Origin: Chiloscyllium plagiosum
Taxonomy: Eukaryota
Assembly: GCF_004010195.1 (NCBI RefSeq)
Contig: NC_057748.1
Location: 20,938,774 to 21,002,773 of the forward strand
Direction of reading: 5' to 3'
Length of the DNA: 64,000 bases
Shown: positions 31,046 through 43,519 of the stretch, one piece after another
Numbering within the stretch: position 1 is the stretch's first letter
Layout of the letters: the number at the start of each line of letters is the position of its first letter
The notes under the pieces: generated by a model
What the model was told of the DNA's origin: nothing
What the model saw: only the letters and a program-made list of their open reading frames with translations
Databases searched by the model: none
Made by a program: the position numbers and the translations under genes

Positions 31046-34000
31046 GTAAGGAGCCGGTCGGTGGTGACGGGGTGAGGGGTGACCCTCGGTCTGACCCTCC
31101 CCGGCGGATGGGGAATGTTGGCGCTGGGCTGGGGTCACCCGGGGTCTGGGCACATCACATCACATCGCTCCCGGGCCGTAGCGGTGGAAGGGGAAAGAGC
31201 TGACATGATTTCATTCCTATAGCGCCGTTCACTTTGCTGAGTGAAATGGTCAAGTGGCCATTCTGCCCCTCAATAAGATCACAGCCTCCATGACCCGCCA
31301 CTGCCCCAAATCCCCTAACACCGCCTGGGCACCCTCCAAGTCTGTGACCTCTACCATCTGGAAGGACAAGGGGAACACCACCAACTACAGGTTCCCCTGC
31401 AAGCCAGACATCATCCTGACTTGGACATGTTGTCACTGTTCCTTCAGTGTCGTTGGGTCAGAATCCTGGAACTGCTTCCCCGTCGCCAGTGTGTTGTCCC
31501 TACCCCCAAGGTCTGCAGAGGTTTAAGAAGGCAACTCTCCATTCACCTTCTCAAGGACACTGAGGAGCAGGCAACAAATGCTGGCCCAGCCAGCAGTGCT
31601 CTCATCCATTGAACGAATATGCAAAGAAAATCTGCCCCCACAAAATGTTCCTTTTGGTACCCAGTTAGCCAACTCCTTCCTTTTACTGAGTGCTTTTATA
31701 AAAGGCTGTTTGGTTTTTCTTAATCTTTTCTTCCTCTTTGCCTGTCTTGGATCTCACCTGCACCTTGAATATTTAGTCTGGTTCCTTATTGTGTCATGAA
31801 CATTTTGGTATAAGCCTACATTGTTTGTATGTTTTATCTTATTAATATAGAATAAGATATTTATTTATTTATGTAGAACTTTGGCATAATAAAATGTACC
31901 AATGAACTTTTGAAGAGCCTTACAAAAGAATATATGACAGAACCACATAAGGAGAAATTATGTCAGATGGGGTGCTGTATTTTAGGAAAGCAAATCTTAG
32001 CAGGGCGTATACACTTAATGGTAAGGTCCCAGGGAGTGTTGCTGAACAAAGAGACCTTGGAGTGCAGGTTCATAGCTCCTTGAAAGTAGAGTTGCAGGTA
32101 GATAGGATAGTGAAGACCTGCAATCTTCTTCCTGACCTCTCCATCCCCACCCCCACTCCGTCCTATCACCCTCACCTTAACCTCCTTCCACCTATTGCAT
32201 TCCCAACTCCCCTTCCCCAAGTCCCTCCTCCCTACCTTTTCTCTTAGCCTGCTTGGCACACTCTCCTCATTCCTGATGAAGGGCTCATGCCCGAAATGTC
32301 GATTCTCCTGCTCCTTGGATGCTGCCTGACCTGCGCTTTTCCAGCAACACATTTTTCAGCTCTGATCTCCAGCATCTGCAGTCCTCACTTTCTCCTAGTG
32401 AAAAAGGTATTTGATATGCTTTCCTTTATTGGTCAGAGTATTGAGTACAAGAATTGGGAGGTCATGTTGCAGTCGTACAGGACATTGGTTAGGCCACTGT
32501 TGGAATATTGCGTGCAATTCTGGTCTCCTTCCTATCGGAAAGATTAGATTCCTAATATTAGATACCTAACAGTGTGGAAACAGGCCCTTCAGCCCAAACA
32601 AGTCCACACCGACCCTCTGAAGAGTAACCCATCCAGACCCATTTCCCTCTGACTAATGCACCTAACACTATGGGCAACTTAACCTGGCCAATTCACCTGA
32701 CCAGCACATCTTTGGGTTGTGGGAGGAAACCAGAGCATCCGGAGGAAACCCACGGGGAGAATGTGAAAACTCCACACAGACAATCACCCGAGGCTGGGAT
32801 TGAACCTGGGACCCTGGTGCTGTGAAGCAGCAGTGCTAACCACTGAGCCACCCACTTTCTTTTTTTTTGGACGTGGGTCGCTCGGGGTCACATAACTATT
32901 AAAATGTTGTGAAACTTGAAAGGGTTCAGAAAAGATTTATAAGGATGTTGCCAGGGTTGGAGGATTTGAGCCACAGGGAGAGGCTGAACAGGCTGGGACT
33001 GTTTTCCCTGGAGTGTTGGCAGCTGAGGGGTGACCTTTATAGAGGTTTACAAAATTATGAGGGGCATGGATAGGGTAAATAGACAAAGTCTTTTCCCTGG
33101 GGTGGGGGAGTCGAGAACTAGAGGGCATAGGTTTAGAGTGAGAGGTGAAAGATATGAAAGAAACTTAAGGGGCAACTTTTTCACACAGGGTGGTACGTGT
33201 ATGGAATGAGCTGCCAGAGGAAATGTTGGAGGCTGGTACAAGTGCAACATTTAAGAGGCATTTGGATTGGTATATTTGGAGGGATATGGGCCGGGTGCTG
33301 GCGGGTGAGACTAGATTGGGTTGGGATATCTGTTCGACATGGATGGGTTGGACCGAAGGGTGTGTTTCCGTACTGTACATCTCTATGTCTCTATGACTAA
33401 AAGTTTGGTCAAAGAGAGCTTTTAAAAAACAACTAAAGAGAAAGTAGGTCAAAAAGGTTTGAGGGGGCAGGGAAGCAAAACAACTGAAGGGAGCTTGGTT
33501 CAAATTGGAATGGAACAGCTGGAACTGGATTTCATCAGTGTCCATGTGAAACCTGAACACAAGCTGTGAAGTTGGGATTTTGTCTTCATAAGGACAATGC
33601 AGAGAGCATTCCTAACAGTATTGGGTCTGAGTGCTATGTGGATTGGTGAGAGACAAAAATCTGCCGATGCTAGAATCCAGAATAGATAGGCAGGAGACTG
33701 GAAGAACACAGCAAGCCAGGCAGCATTAGGAGGTGGAGAAGTCGACATTCTGGGTTTGGAGATGCTAGTGTTGGACTGGGGTGTACAAAGTTAAAAATCA
33801 CACAACACCAGGTTATAGTCCAACAGGTTTAGAAGGAGCGTCGCTCCGAAAGCTAGTGTGCTTCCAATTAAACCTGTTGGACTATAACCTGGTGTTGTGA
33901 GATTTTTTTTACTTTGGACATTCCGGGTGTAACCCTTCTTCACCACCTGATGCTGCCTGGCTTGCTGTTTTCTTCCAACATTCTGCTGGTCTATGTGGAT

Positions 34001-37000
34001 TGGTGAGAACAAGGTCAAGTAGGTTTTTCTCGCTTGGTGATGCGCTCACCATGTATTCCAGACCTCACATATCCTTCAGGATTCAACTAGTTCAATCATT
34101 CTTTACAACCCTTTATTCAGGGTTTGTGCCCTTTTTGTCCTCAGTACATCTTCCAGGCGATGTTCAATATGGAAGAAAAACTGATTTGTCTGCTGAGGGA
34201 GGGTGGTAGGTGGTCATCAGCTGGAGGTTTCCTTGCTTGCATTTGACCTTCTGCTCTCAGGAATCAATGTTGAGGACTCTGAGGGCTACTACCTTCTGAT
34301 CAGTTACAACTTTGTAGTCCCCTCTGGTACTTCTGTCCTGTCAGAGGACAGACCCAGGAATGATGGAGGAGTCTGGGGCATTGGATATAAGGTATGATTA
34401 TGATTATGACTGTGACATCCTGTTGCTTGACTAGTCTTGGTTTTCTACACAAGTCAGATGTCTGGCTGATTGCAAACAAATTCTGGAACTGCTGAGATGA
34501 AGGATCTTGTCGCTGAGTGGTACTTCAAAACAATAGACATTGTGTAAAGCAGGCAGGAGTGAAAGAAATAGAGCAGACGTCATGAGGATCAGATGAAGTG
34601 TTGGGATGTGGAGTGTAAACACCTGGTGTGCAGCAGTTGGACTAAGAGACCTGTTTCTGCATGTTAAATGTAATTGTTTTGGGAGATTAAATGCTGCAAG
34701 TTTGGATCTAACATTTCATTCTCTCTACAGTACAGAAATTCCATCTGGATATCTCAGTAAAACAGGGACGAGATAAAGTGCGGGAAATGTTCATGAAAAA
34801 CGCCCATGTCACTGATCCCCGAGTTATCGACCTGCTGGTGATTAAGGTCTGGGATTCTGTAATTGTGCAGAGAAACTGATAATATGATGGAAAGCATTGT
34901 GAAGTGGGAAGTTATACATAGTCATAGGGCTGTACAGTATGGAAACAGACCCTTTGGTCCAACTCCTTGCAGACCAGATATCCTAACCTAATCTATCCAA
35001 TTTACCAGCATTTGGCCCATATCCCTCTAAACCCTTCCTATTCGTGTACCCATTCAGATGCCTTTTAAATGTTGTAATTGTACCAGCCTCCACTACTTCC
35101 TCTTAGCCTGCTGGACACACTTTCCTCATTCCTGAAGAAGGGCTTATGCCCGAAACGTCGATTCTCCTGTTCCCTGGATGCTGCCTGACCTGCTGCGCTT
35201 TTCCAGCAACACATTTTCAGCTCCACTACTTCCTCTGGCAGTTCATACCGTACATGCACCATTCTGTGAAAACAATTGCCCCTTAGGTCCTTTTAAATCT
35301 TTCCTCTGTCACATTAAACCTATGCCCTCTAGTTTTGGACTCTCCTATGCTGGGAAAAAAGACCTTGGCTATTCACCCTATCCGTGCCCCTAATGATTTT
35401 ATAAATTTCTACAAGGTCACCCCTCAGCTTCCAACTCTGTAAAGAATATAACCCAAACATATTCAGCTTCTCCCTATAGCTCAAACCCTCCAATCCTGGC
35501 AACATCCTTGTAAATCTTTTCTGAATCCTTTCAAGTTTCACAATATCCTTCCTCTTTACCTCTGAGTTCCCCAAGGATTTGTCCTTGACTCCCTCATCTT
35601 CCTATTATACGCAGTCACTGCCAAGATCATCTGTGGGCATAAGGATGGCTTCTGCAGCTTCTGTTTGTCAGCCTGGTTCAAACTTCCAACCCTTGACGAT
35701 CTGCAGTTTCTTTAGTGAAATGTAGCGAAGCCCAAAGCTGTCATCTTGGAGCTGACAGAAACTCCATCACTGGATCACTGTCACCCCACTCCTGTCTTGG
35801 GGGATGTTTTCGGCTGAAAAATACTTCGTAACTGCAGTATCTTATTTAATCTAGTACTTCAGTCCCAGCTCCGTTTACCGTCTATCATCAAGACTGCTTA
35901 CTTCCACTTCCAGAGCCTCTGTCTCCGTTCCTGCCACAGTACCCTCTTCCAAATGTGACCTTTCCAATACTGCCTTACATCCTCTGACCTCTAAACTTTA
36001 GATCATCGTAAACTCTGCTGCCTGTGTTTTAACATACTTTAATGTCTTGAGAGAGACCACTGAAATAAAGTTCGGCTGTGTGAGGGCTTGGAAAAAGTAG
36101 TTCAGGTCAGCAAGACAGCATCGCGAAAACAAACCCTGAAATGAAATAAAAACAAATGCAAGGAAATGCCTGAAAATGTTGTCGTCATGGTCCAACAGAA
36201 GGAGCCTGAAGAAATTGTTCATTTCCTACATTTTAAGTGTAGACCAGTCTTTCTAATTTGAAGAATCAGGATGCTATGTTCCAGCTATACAGGACATTGC
36301 AATTTTCCAAAAGAAGCCTAACCATTCGGTCTGGTCTCCCTAGTAGAGGAAAGGTGTTGTTAAACTTGAAAGAATTCAGGAAAGACTTACAAAGACTTTG
36401 CTTGGGTTGGAGGATTTGAATAGGGGAGAAGCTGAATAAGCTGGGCCCACTATACCTGGAGCGTTAGAGGTTGAGGGGTGACCTTACTGAGGGTTATAAA
36501 ATCATGAGGGGCATGGATAGGGTGAATAGACAAGGTCTTTTTTTCCACTATAGGGGAGTTCAAAATTAGAGGGCATAGGTTTAAGTTGAAAGGGGAGAAA
36601 TTAAAAAGTGATCGAAGGAGCAACTTTTTCACGCAGAGGATGGCGTGTGTGTGGAATGAGCTGCCATGGGAAGTGGTGGATACTGATACATTTACAACAT
36701 TTAAAAGGCATCTGGATGTATATATGAATAGGAAGGGTTTAGAGGAATATGTACCAAATGCTGGTAAATAGGACTGGATTTATTTAGGATATCTATCTGC
36801 ATCAATGAGTTGGACCGAAGGGTCTGTTTCCGTGCTATGTGAGTCTATAAATAGTTAATAATTAAGTATTTGCTTGATAGTACAGAACTTAAATATTGCT
36901 AAAAGAGATATGAAGTTGAAGCTTTTAGTCTTGCTGTCATTTTTTAAAAGGATGCTGCTCTTTGTGGAATATGCCTACACCTTGCAGCTTTCTCTGAGGC

Positions 37001-38735
37001 CTCTTGCATCCCTGTGACCAATCAGAGTCAGCTTGTTTGGTTTGGATTTAATCGGTTAACTAAGACAGTAAACAGTTCCTGCCATGTATCTCCAACCAAT
37101 CAGCACCCTCTTCCCATGATGTATAAATGTATTCTTTCCTTTGTAAAAGGGGCTCTCTTGTAGCACAATGATAGTATGCCTACACCTGAACTGAGGGGCC
37201 CTGGTTCAAATCCCACCTGCTCCAGAGGTGTATAATAACATCTGAACAAGTTCATTAGAAAAGTTAGGATCCATTTGTAAAATTGGTTTTCTTGTGTTTC
37301 AGTCCTGATTGTCACATGAAAAGCTTTGACTGCATGTGCCGTTTAAATACATCAGTAATTAATGAATTGAGTATGACTTAAAATTAATCACTGAAGCGTT
37401 ACTGAGACCATGAATGATTCTACTAGTCTTTAAAATGAGCTTCTGCTAATAATAAATTGAAAGATTAGCAATGGCAGCCCAGCCATTGTGGTTGCTGTTT
37501 GTGGTGATGTGTAGACAGTGAGACTGTCCTGGATAATAATACCTGTAGGAAATGTCTTTGTCTTGAGATGCTCCAGACTAAAGCTACAAGAGGGAATATG
37601 TGACTGTCCAGCAGCAAGGTGCTGGGTGAATAGATCAGAAATGTTGTAACTAGATGTGATTTGATCATTTGAGCTGATAATGTCCTCTGCAATCAAAGCC
37701 TATCCTGATGCAAAGGTACTGGATATTGTGGTGCAAATGGAGAGGCAATTGGAAAGAGAAGGCTTCTACCTCGTTGGTCCTGATGTGGCCTAAACCAAAG
37801 AGACTCAAAAAGATCAGAGAGGTAGACCAGCAAAAGAAATCTCAGGAGCTACATAAATTAAAAAGCAGGACCAATGTCTTGTCATCTTGCTGAGGAACCA
37901 AAGCATGAGCGAATTAGCAGTAGGATCAGCAGAACAGCAAAGTGTATGTATACTGACACTATCTATTATCCTTTATGCAAGGATAAGGGAGGAAGAAAAG
38001 TAACTATTAAGATAGAACAGCCAGTAAAAAATAAAGGACAAAGGTAGAAACAGAATTGACCAATTATTTGAAGTATGTTTGTGCATCTAATACCAGTAGG
38101 GATTTACAGGATGAAGTAGCTGGAAAAGCTACGAAATGAGTAAAAGCTACAGAACAAACATGGGAGATTACAGCTAACCCTAAATAAATCAACAAGAGAA
38201 GGTAGTGAAAGGGATAAAGGAAATGGAGTTTTTAAATGATGTGACTTGGAATGGAGAACAAAAGTTATAATATCACAAGTGGGAAATATTTCAAAAATGA
38301 ACTAGGTATACTCAATCAAAACCAAGGACAAACAAGCTGATAATGAATGGCAGGGGAAAAGTTAGAAGTAAAATGAAAAGAAGTCAAACAGTAAGTTAAT
38401 TGACAGGGAGGATGACGAAAGGAAAACCAAAGTTTAGGGAAGAGAAGGAAGATTCAGTGATTATTTAGTCTCTAATTCCTGTATGTCCAAATAAATAGTT
38501 TGGAATTGATGTATGGCATGGAAATGGTGAGGAGTGGATTTAGTTTTGGCCTCCTAATCTGCCTTGTTCTTTGATCACTCATGTCATTAATTTGTTTTTC
38601 AAGGGTAAAATGGATCTTGAAGAAACTATAAAAGTGTGGAAGCAGCGGACACACATCATGCGTTACTTCCATGAGACAGAAACACCCCGACCAACAGATT
38701 TTCTCTCCAGATTCTACACAGGACATGATGTGTAA
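30907..38735 (+). CDS. NDUFA6: NADH dehydrogenase 1 alpha subcomplex subunit 6 (LYR-motif protein), 128 aa, 3 exons
   Basis: Exons 30907-31045, 34731-34846 and 38604-38735 (387 nt) joined by GT-AG introns; [11 protein letters not shown] (LYR motif), [35 protein letters not shown]. Confidence 0.96.
31965..33400 (+). mobile_element. CR1-clade LINE 3' fragment with nested Penelope-end insert (about 32117-32397) and SINE (about 32541-32854)
   Basis: [25 protein letters not shown] and RVWNELPEE segments interrupted by the inserts. Confidence 0.82.
32273..32300 (+). ncRNA. Minimal hammerhead ribozyme motif (family A, CpG-decayed stem III)
   Basis: CTGATGAAGGGCTCATGCCCGAAATGTC. Confidence 0.5.
34731..34846 (+). 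CDS. NDUFA6: NDUFA6 exon 2 ([38 protein letters not shown])
   Basis: ctacag| acceptor; AAG|gtctgg donor; hand-translated. Confidence 0.94.
34915..35555 (-). mobile_element. CR1-clade LINE 3' fragment with a nested hammerhead-bearing insert
   Basis: [20 protein letters not shown]. Confidence 0.8.
35132..35159 (+). ncRNA. Minimal hammerhead ribozyme motif (family A)
   Basis: CTGAAGA-A-GGGC(TTAT)GCCC-GAAA-CG-TC: catalytic core, stem II and palindromic minimal stem III. Confidence 0.6.
36270..36850 (+). mobile_element. CR1-clade LINE 3' fragment
   Basis: [15 protein letters not shown]. Confidence 0.75.
38604..38735 (+). CDS. NDUFA6: NDUFA6 exon 3 ([43 protein letters not shown])
   Basis: ttcaag| acceptor; TAA at 38733-38735; AATAAA at 38761-38766. 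Confidence 0.94.
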   Translation, partial: GKMDLEETIKVWKQRTHIMRYFHETETPRPTDFLSRFYTGHDV

Positions 38736-38884
38736 ATAATGAGGGAAGTGGCAATTGTAAAATAAATGTATTCCGAAATACTTCAAGAAAACTGAATGGA
38801 TTTAATTGCCTGTGATTCTAGGGATGGAAATGTGTTGCTGGAAAAGTGCAGCAGGTCAGGCAGCATCCAGGGAACAGGAGAATC

Positions 38885-38912
38885 GACGTTTCGGGCATAA
38901 GCCCTTCTTCAG
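38885..38912 (-). ncRNA. Minimal hammerhead ribozyme motif (family A)
   Basis: Minus strand reads CTGAAGAAGGGCTTATGCCCGAAACGTC. Confidence 0.6.
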
Positions 38913-40502
38913 GAATAGGGCTTATGCCCGAAACGTCGATTCTCCTGTTCCCTGGATGCTGCCTGACCTGCTGCGCTTTTCCAGCAACGCATTTCCAGCT
39001 CTGATCTCCAGCATCTGCAGACCTCACTTTCTCCTCTGTGATTCTAGGGAGTTTGATGGTTGCTCCTGTATTCCACGTGGTCTTATTACCATTAAAATAT
39101 TGCAACACACTACTTAAAGGAAATAAGAAAATATTTGCAAAGTTTTCTTAATGGCAGAGGGAGCAGTTATAGAAATGTCACAGTTGCTATGGCTCTAACG
39201 TTCTTGCCTCTTAAATTAACAAGCAATTTGAGCCTAGTTTTCAGACCAGTAGTACTGCATTAGAAAAGTCAGTGCTATTTTTCAGATGAGAGATTAAAGT
39301 GAGGTACTGCAACTATTTCAAGGCTTCAGGACTTTCTGGGATTGTGAAATGTATTTTTAAAATGTCAGAGTTAAGTGATTTTGGTCCTTTGGTCATCAGG
39401 CTGTAAAACTAATTGTTTACTTTCATGTGCAGTATTGACTTGAAACGTAAAACTTATACAGTTTATATCTTACTTAACACACATGAGCAAGGCTCAACTC
39501 TGGTTTCCTGGGAGATGTGGCAATTGTACACATTTAGTGAAGATTCACTTACGGAGGCAGTAAAGAGTCATGAAACTATTGCAAACTAACTTGATATCAG
39601 TGACAAACATGGCCAAAGGTCCCCACTGTGATATATTCTGATACTTAGTGACATAGGTTGCTGAACAGACCTCAATCTTAGGTACATAGATTATTTGACT
39701 TGCTAAACTGGCTCAACGCTATCACTTGCAAGCCAGGTAAATAAATGAATGAAGTGCCTGTTGGGGAGATGCCACCTGGAAGTGGGCAATATACAATTTT
39801 AAAAATGCACATTAAGTATTTCCAGTTTTACAAAACAAATGGAGAACCTTCTAAAGATGTGTTTGTAGGACACTGCCCATAGATGAGTGTGGACCAGTGT
39901 CCACCAGAATGATGCCAGGCTATGTGAGGCTCTTTAATGGTGATGTCAATAGCTGAGGATTGAAAAGGAAAATACGCAAGGCTTTGATATACACAATGTG
40001 GAGAAGATAATAAACACACTGGTGGTTTTAAAGTAGTCACCAAGTAAGAATTCAGAAGAAGCTGGAAAGAAGAGAATGTGGAACTCACTAGCCAGAGCGA
40101 GTGATGAAGCAAACAATTTCAATGCATTAATAACAAATACAGATGCAGGGAATAGAGGGTGACGCTGGTACTTTTATTATGAAAAGGTGGGACAGAAGCC
40201 CAAATAAATATCAGCATAGACTGATTGGGCGGAATAGCCTGGTTTATTACTATATAGCCTATACAATGTTGAAATCTTCAGTATTGTTAAAGTTGTATGA
40301 CAGAGCCAATATCACAGCCTTTCAATAACATGGCAAGAGATGGACTTGGATTTGAACAAGATTTATTGCCGTGATTGACATGGTCACAGATGGTTGTAGC
40401 TCCTTCGACAACATTGGCAGCTGCAACCCAATCAAACAACACACTCAGTAAATCTTCAGACTGAGGAGGAGACTTTAATTGCATGTCATGGGGTTAAATG
40501 TT

Positions 40503-41338
40503 TTTATTTAAGAAAACATGCAACCCAATAAAATATAGACTGGAACAGTCCCTGGAATCAGTGTCCTTCTCATTCACATGCCACCACAAGATATAGCTAG
40601 GAACTTCTTGGTCAAAAAACAATTGTGTTCATGTCCATCTCTAAATATCAAATCTTACAACAGCTCTGATTATTTTAGGTACAAACAGTTTACTCAATTA
40701 AGTTTCAGTTCACTTGATACTTCTGAAATTCAGATACTGAAGATCATAACTTGAATGACTGTAAACATTTAAAGCTTTTATTTTTTTTTGAAATAATTAT
40801 ATTCAATTGTATTTAAACTCCCTGGAATGATGTAAAACATGAGGGCTGTACTGCAAAATGCATTTTAAATCTAAAGATCCTTTTGTCTTCACCCTACTGT
40901 CAATGGGCAAACCATGTCCACACTCAAAGCTAGGGACCACTACAGTTCAAATTAAAGAATGCACACAACATGTATACAGATCAGGCTGCAGCCTGTCTCA
41001 AAATTTAAAAAGATAACCTGTTATTATAGATCCATATTTGAGTCAATGTCTCAAGGAAAACAGAGAAGGGGAATGTTTTTTCAGAACAGGGAGGAGAAAC
41101 AAATTGAAAAACTCCGTTCAGTGCAATGCACATAACCCATCAGAATGGACACGCTCTTTAAAAGTCTAAATTTTCCCTTAAGCACACATTATATACAACA
41201 CATGCAAAATATTGAGAAGTTTTCATTCTCTCAGGGTCTTGTGTTTCCTAGCCAAAGCTTCAGATACAGGAATATGTACAGTTAGTCGTTACTATAGTGT
41301 GCAGTCCAATGAGAGCAGCTCTAAGTCACAGCAGAAAT
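40503..41338 (-). other. SMDT1: Putative non-coding terminal (3'UTR) exon of SMDT1
   Basis: Minus-strand acceptor ctcatcttttgtctttcag| at 41339; AT-rich, repeat-poor sequence; AATAAA on the minus strand at 40777-40782 and 40503-40508. The link to SMDT1 is inferred. Confidence 0.45.
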
Positions 41339-42384
41339 CTGAAAGACAAAAGATGAGAGTTTGTTTCACTGCATTTCAAAACGTTTTTAATCCCACAAAT
41401 TGTTGACTTGGAGGTGAGGTGGTGGTCTGGTGAGCAAATGGGTGACACATTAGAATCTATTATCACACTGCAACTCACCTTTCCAGAGATGATGGCTTAC
41501 TTGGGATACTGGATGGAAAGATCCTTAAGAGGCAGATTTTACCTTTGGATGACCCAGCTAACCATCCTAATAATAGCATGGTTTTGGTCAGGGTCAGGAA
41601 TTTCATTCGGTGTTAGTTCAGTCATGTGAGTTTCGACTTCAACTTCAAATGCAGATCTAGAAATCAGCCCTGACCCACATTTTGTCCTGCACTCAACAAG
41701 ACAATTTGCAAGAATACCAATTTGAAGGGAAAAAATCCAACATTCATACACTATGAGAGGAGAGTGCTGACTGTTTGGCAAGTGGACTCTGGTAGCAGGC
41801 ATTTTCATGGAAAATACAATAGTTAAATAATTGTCAGTTAAGTGCCAAGCTTGGTTTGATTCTGATTAGTCAAGGGTGTTTCCTGAGAAATCAACCCAGC
41901 AAATGGTGGTCCTTCATTTTGCAGAGTTGAAATAAGAGCAATGTTCTTTCCATCCAAAAAGAACAGGACCCTTTGGTTGATAAGTAGACCATGTAACGAT
42001 TAATCATGATTAAGCTACATGTCAACACAATCATCACTCAACTATTAATTTTGGGTTTTCCCTTAAAATTGGTATTCGTGCAAACTGTTCAAGACAAATA
42101 AATTTCAATTGTGTCTTTATTCAGCAGTACTCCGGTTCTGTACTCCATTATCTTAAAAGCAGCAATGCTACCTTGCTCCACATGGGAGCGAGTTCCACCC
42201 CCTCAGTGCATATTTATCCTACCTTATTTTGGACTCAGCCACAAGTGAAAACAGTTTTCCCACATCAACTCAACTGAAGTCCGTCATTGCATTGCAAACC
42301 TCTAACCCCCTGTCACTTTTCATATTTGAAACTCATAAAAAAAGTGTTTCTGTACTTTCATTTTAAAATATTCTTAGTGTTATA

Positions 42385-43023
42385 CAGAGGAACCTTGATT
42401 ATCCATATACCAATTATCCGAAAATCGGTCCCGACAGAAACATTACATCAAAGACGTGTGTCAACACTGATCGCATCTTTTGTTTACAGGGATTAAATGT
42501 GCTGCAAAGAACAGTCCTGGACCGATGGTAGCGCAGGCACCCTTTCTAAATGACTGACCTCTACACCCCCTGCCCCCGCCCCCCCCACACACACACACAC
42601 ACACACACAGGCGTGTACGTTAAACCCCCCTTCTCCAGATATTCTCTCCAACATTGTCCTGTACAGGGCAAAGGTGGAACCTGTCAAAAGGTTTCAATGA
42701 AAAGTTGTCTATTTGTCTGTGCGCACATGTGGATGCTATTTGGAGAGTCTACCCCCCAAAAGGCAGCAGCAGTCTTGTAGGTGTCCAGTCCAGCTGCCCT
42801 GGAGAGGAGGCGGGTGGAAGGGGGTCACACAGTGGGTGGGGTGGGCAGTGTTGGGGGCGGTGGCTCACGCGCTGCATGCTGCTGCTAATCTCCTGAACGG
42901 GGAGCAGATTTAATAGAGAACTCAAAGCCCCAGAGGAAAGGCATTGAATCGATTAACCGAATAATCAATTATCCAAATGAAAGAGTGCACACCCATCTCA
43001 TTCGGATTATCGAGGTTCCTCTG
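42385..43023. mobile_element. Tc1/mariner-pogo (Tigger-like) MITE
   Basis: Terminal inverted repeats CAGAGGAACCTTGATTATCC / GGATTATCGAGGTTCCTCTG (18 of 20 complementary), flanked by TA on both sides. Confidence 0.8.
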
Positions 43024-43519
43024 TAATCTGTTTCCAAAGCCACCTACTGTGTGAATCATCAGGATGAAGACATGTAATTTTAGATGGTTAGAATTAGGTT
43101 CCTTTTTCGACTGTGATGCCAACTCAAGTTAAAAAAAAAAGTCAATTTAGTTTTATAATGAATGATTTATTTTGATACAATCACAATGAAGTATAAAGTA
43201 ATTGTATAGGAATTCTATCTGTATTACACTCTGTACTGCAGAGTCCTGAACTATGGAACAGCAACACATCAGTGTGACAGAAATTCCACCAATGTATCCA
43301 CTGCATCCTTCAATGCTGTTACCATCAATCAAATGGTAGTCTCCTTCTTAAATTCAATTCCACACGTGTACAGATAAAATTCCTGCAAAACCAACTATGA
43401 TGGACTGGACACTGTTCAGACAGTGAAAACTGTGTCCTCCACCAATTTCTGTTTATCCACTCTCCAGCATTCCAAAGGCAGGGCAAAGGAAACACTTCAC
43501 ATACTTATAGTCAGAGTCA

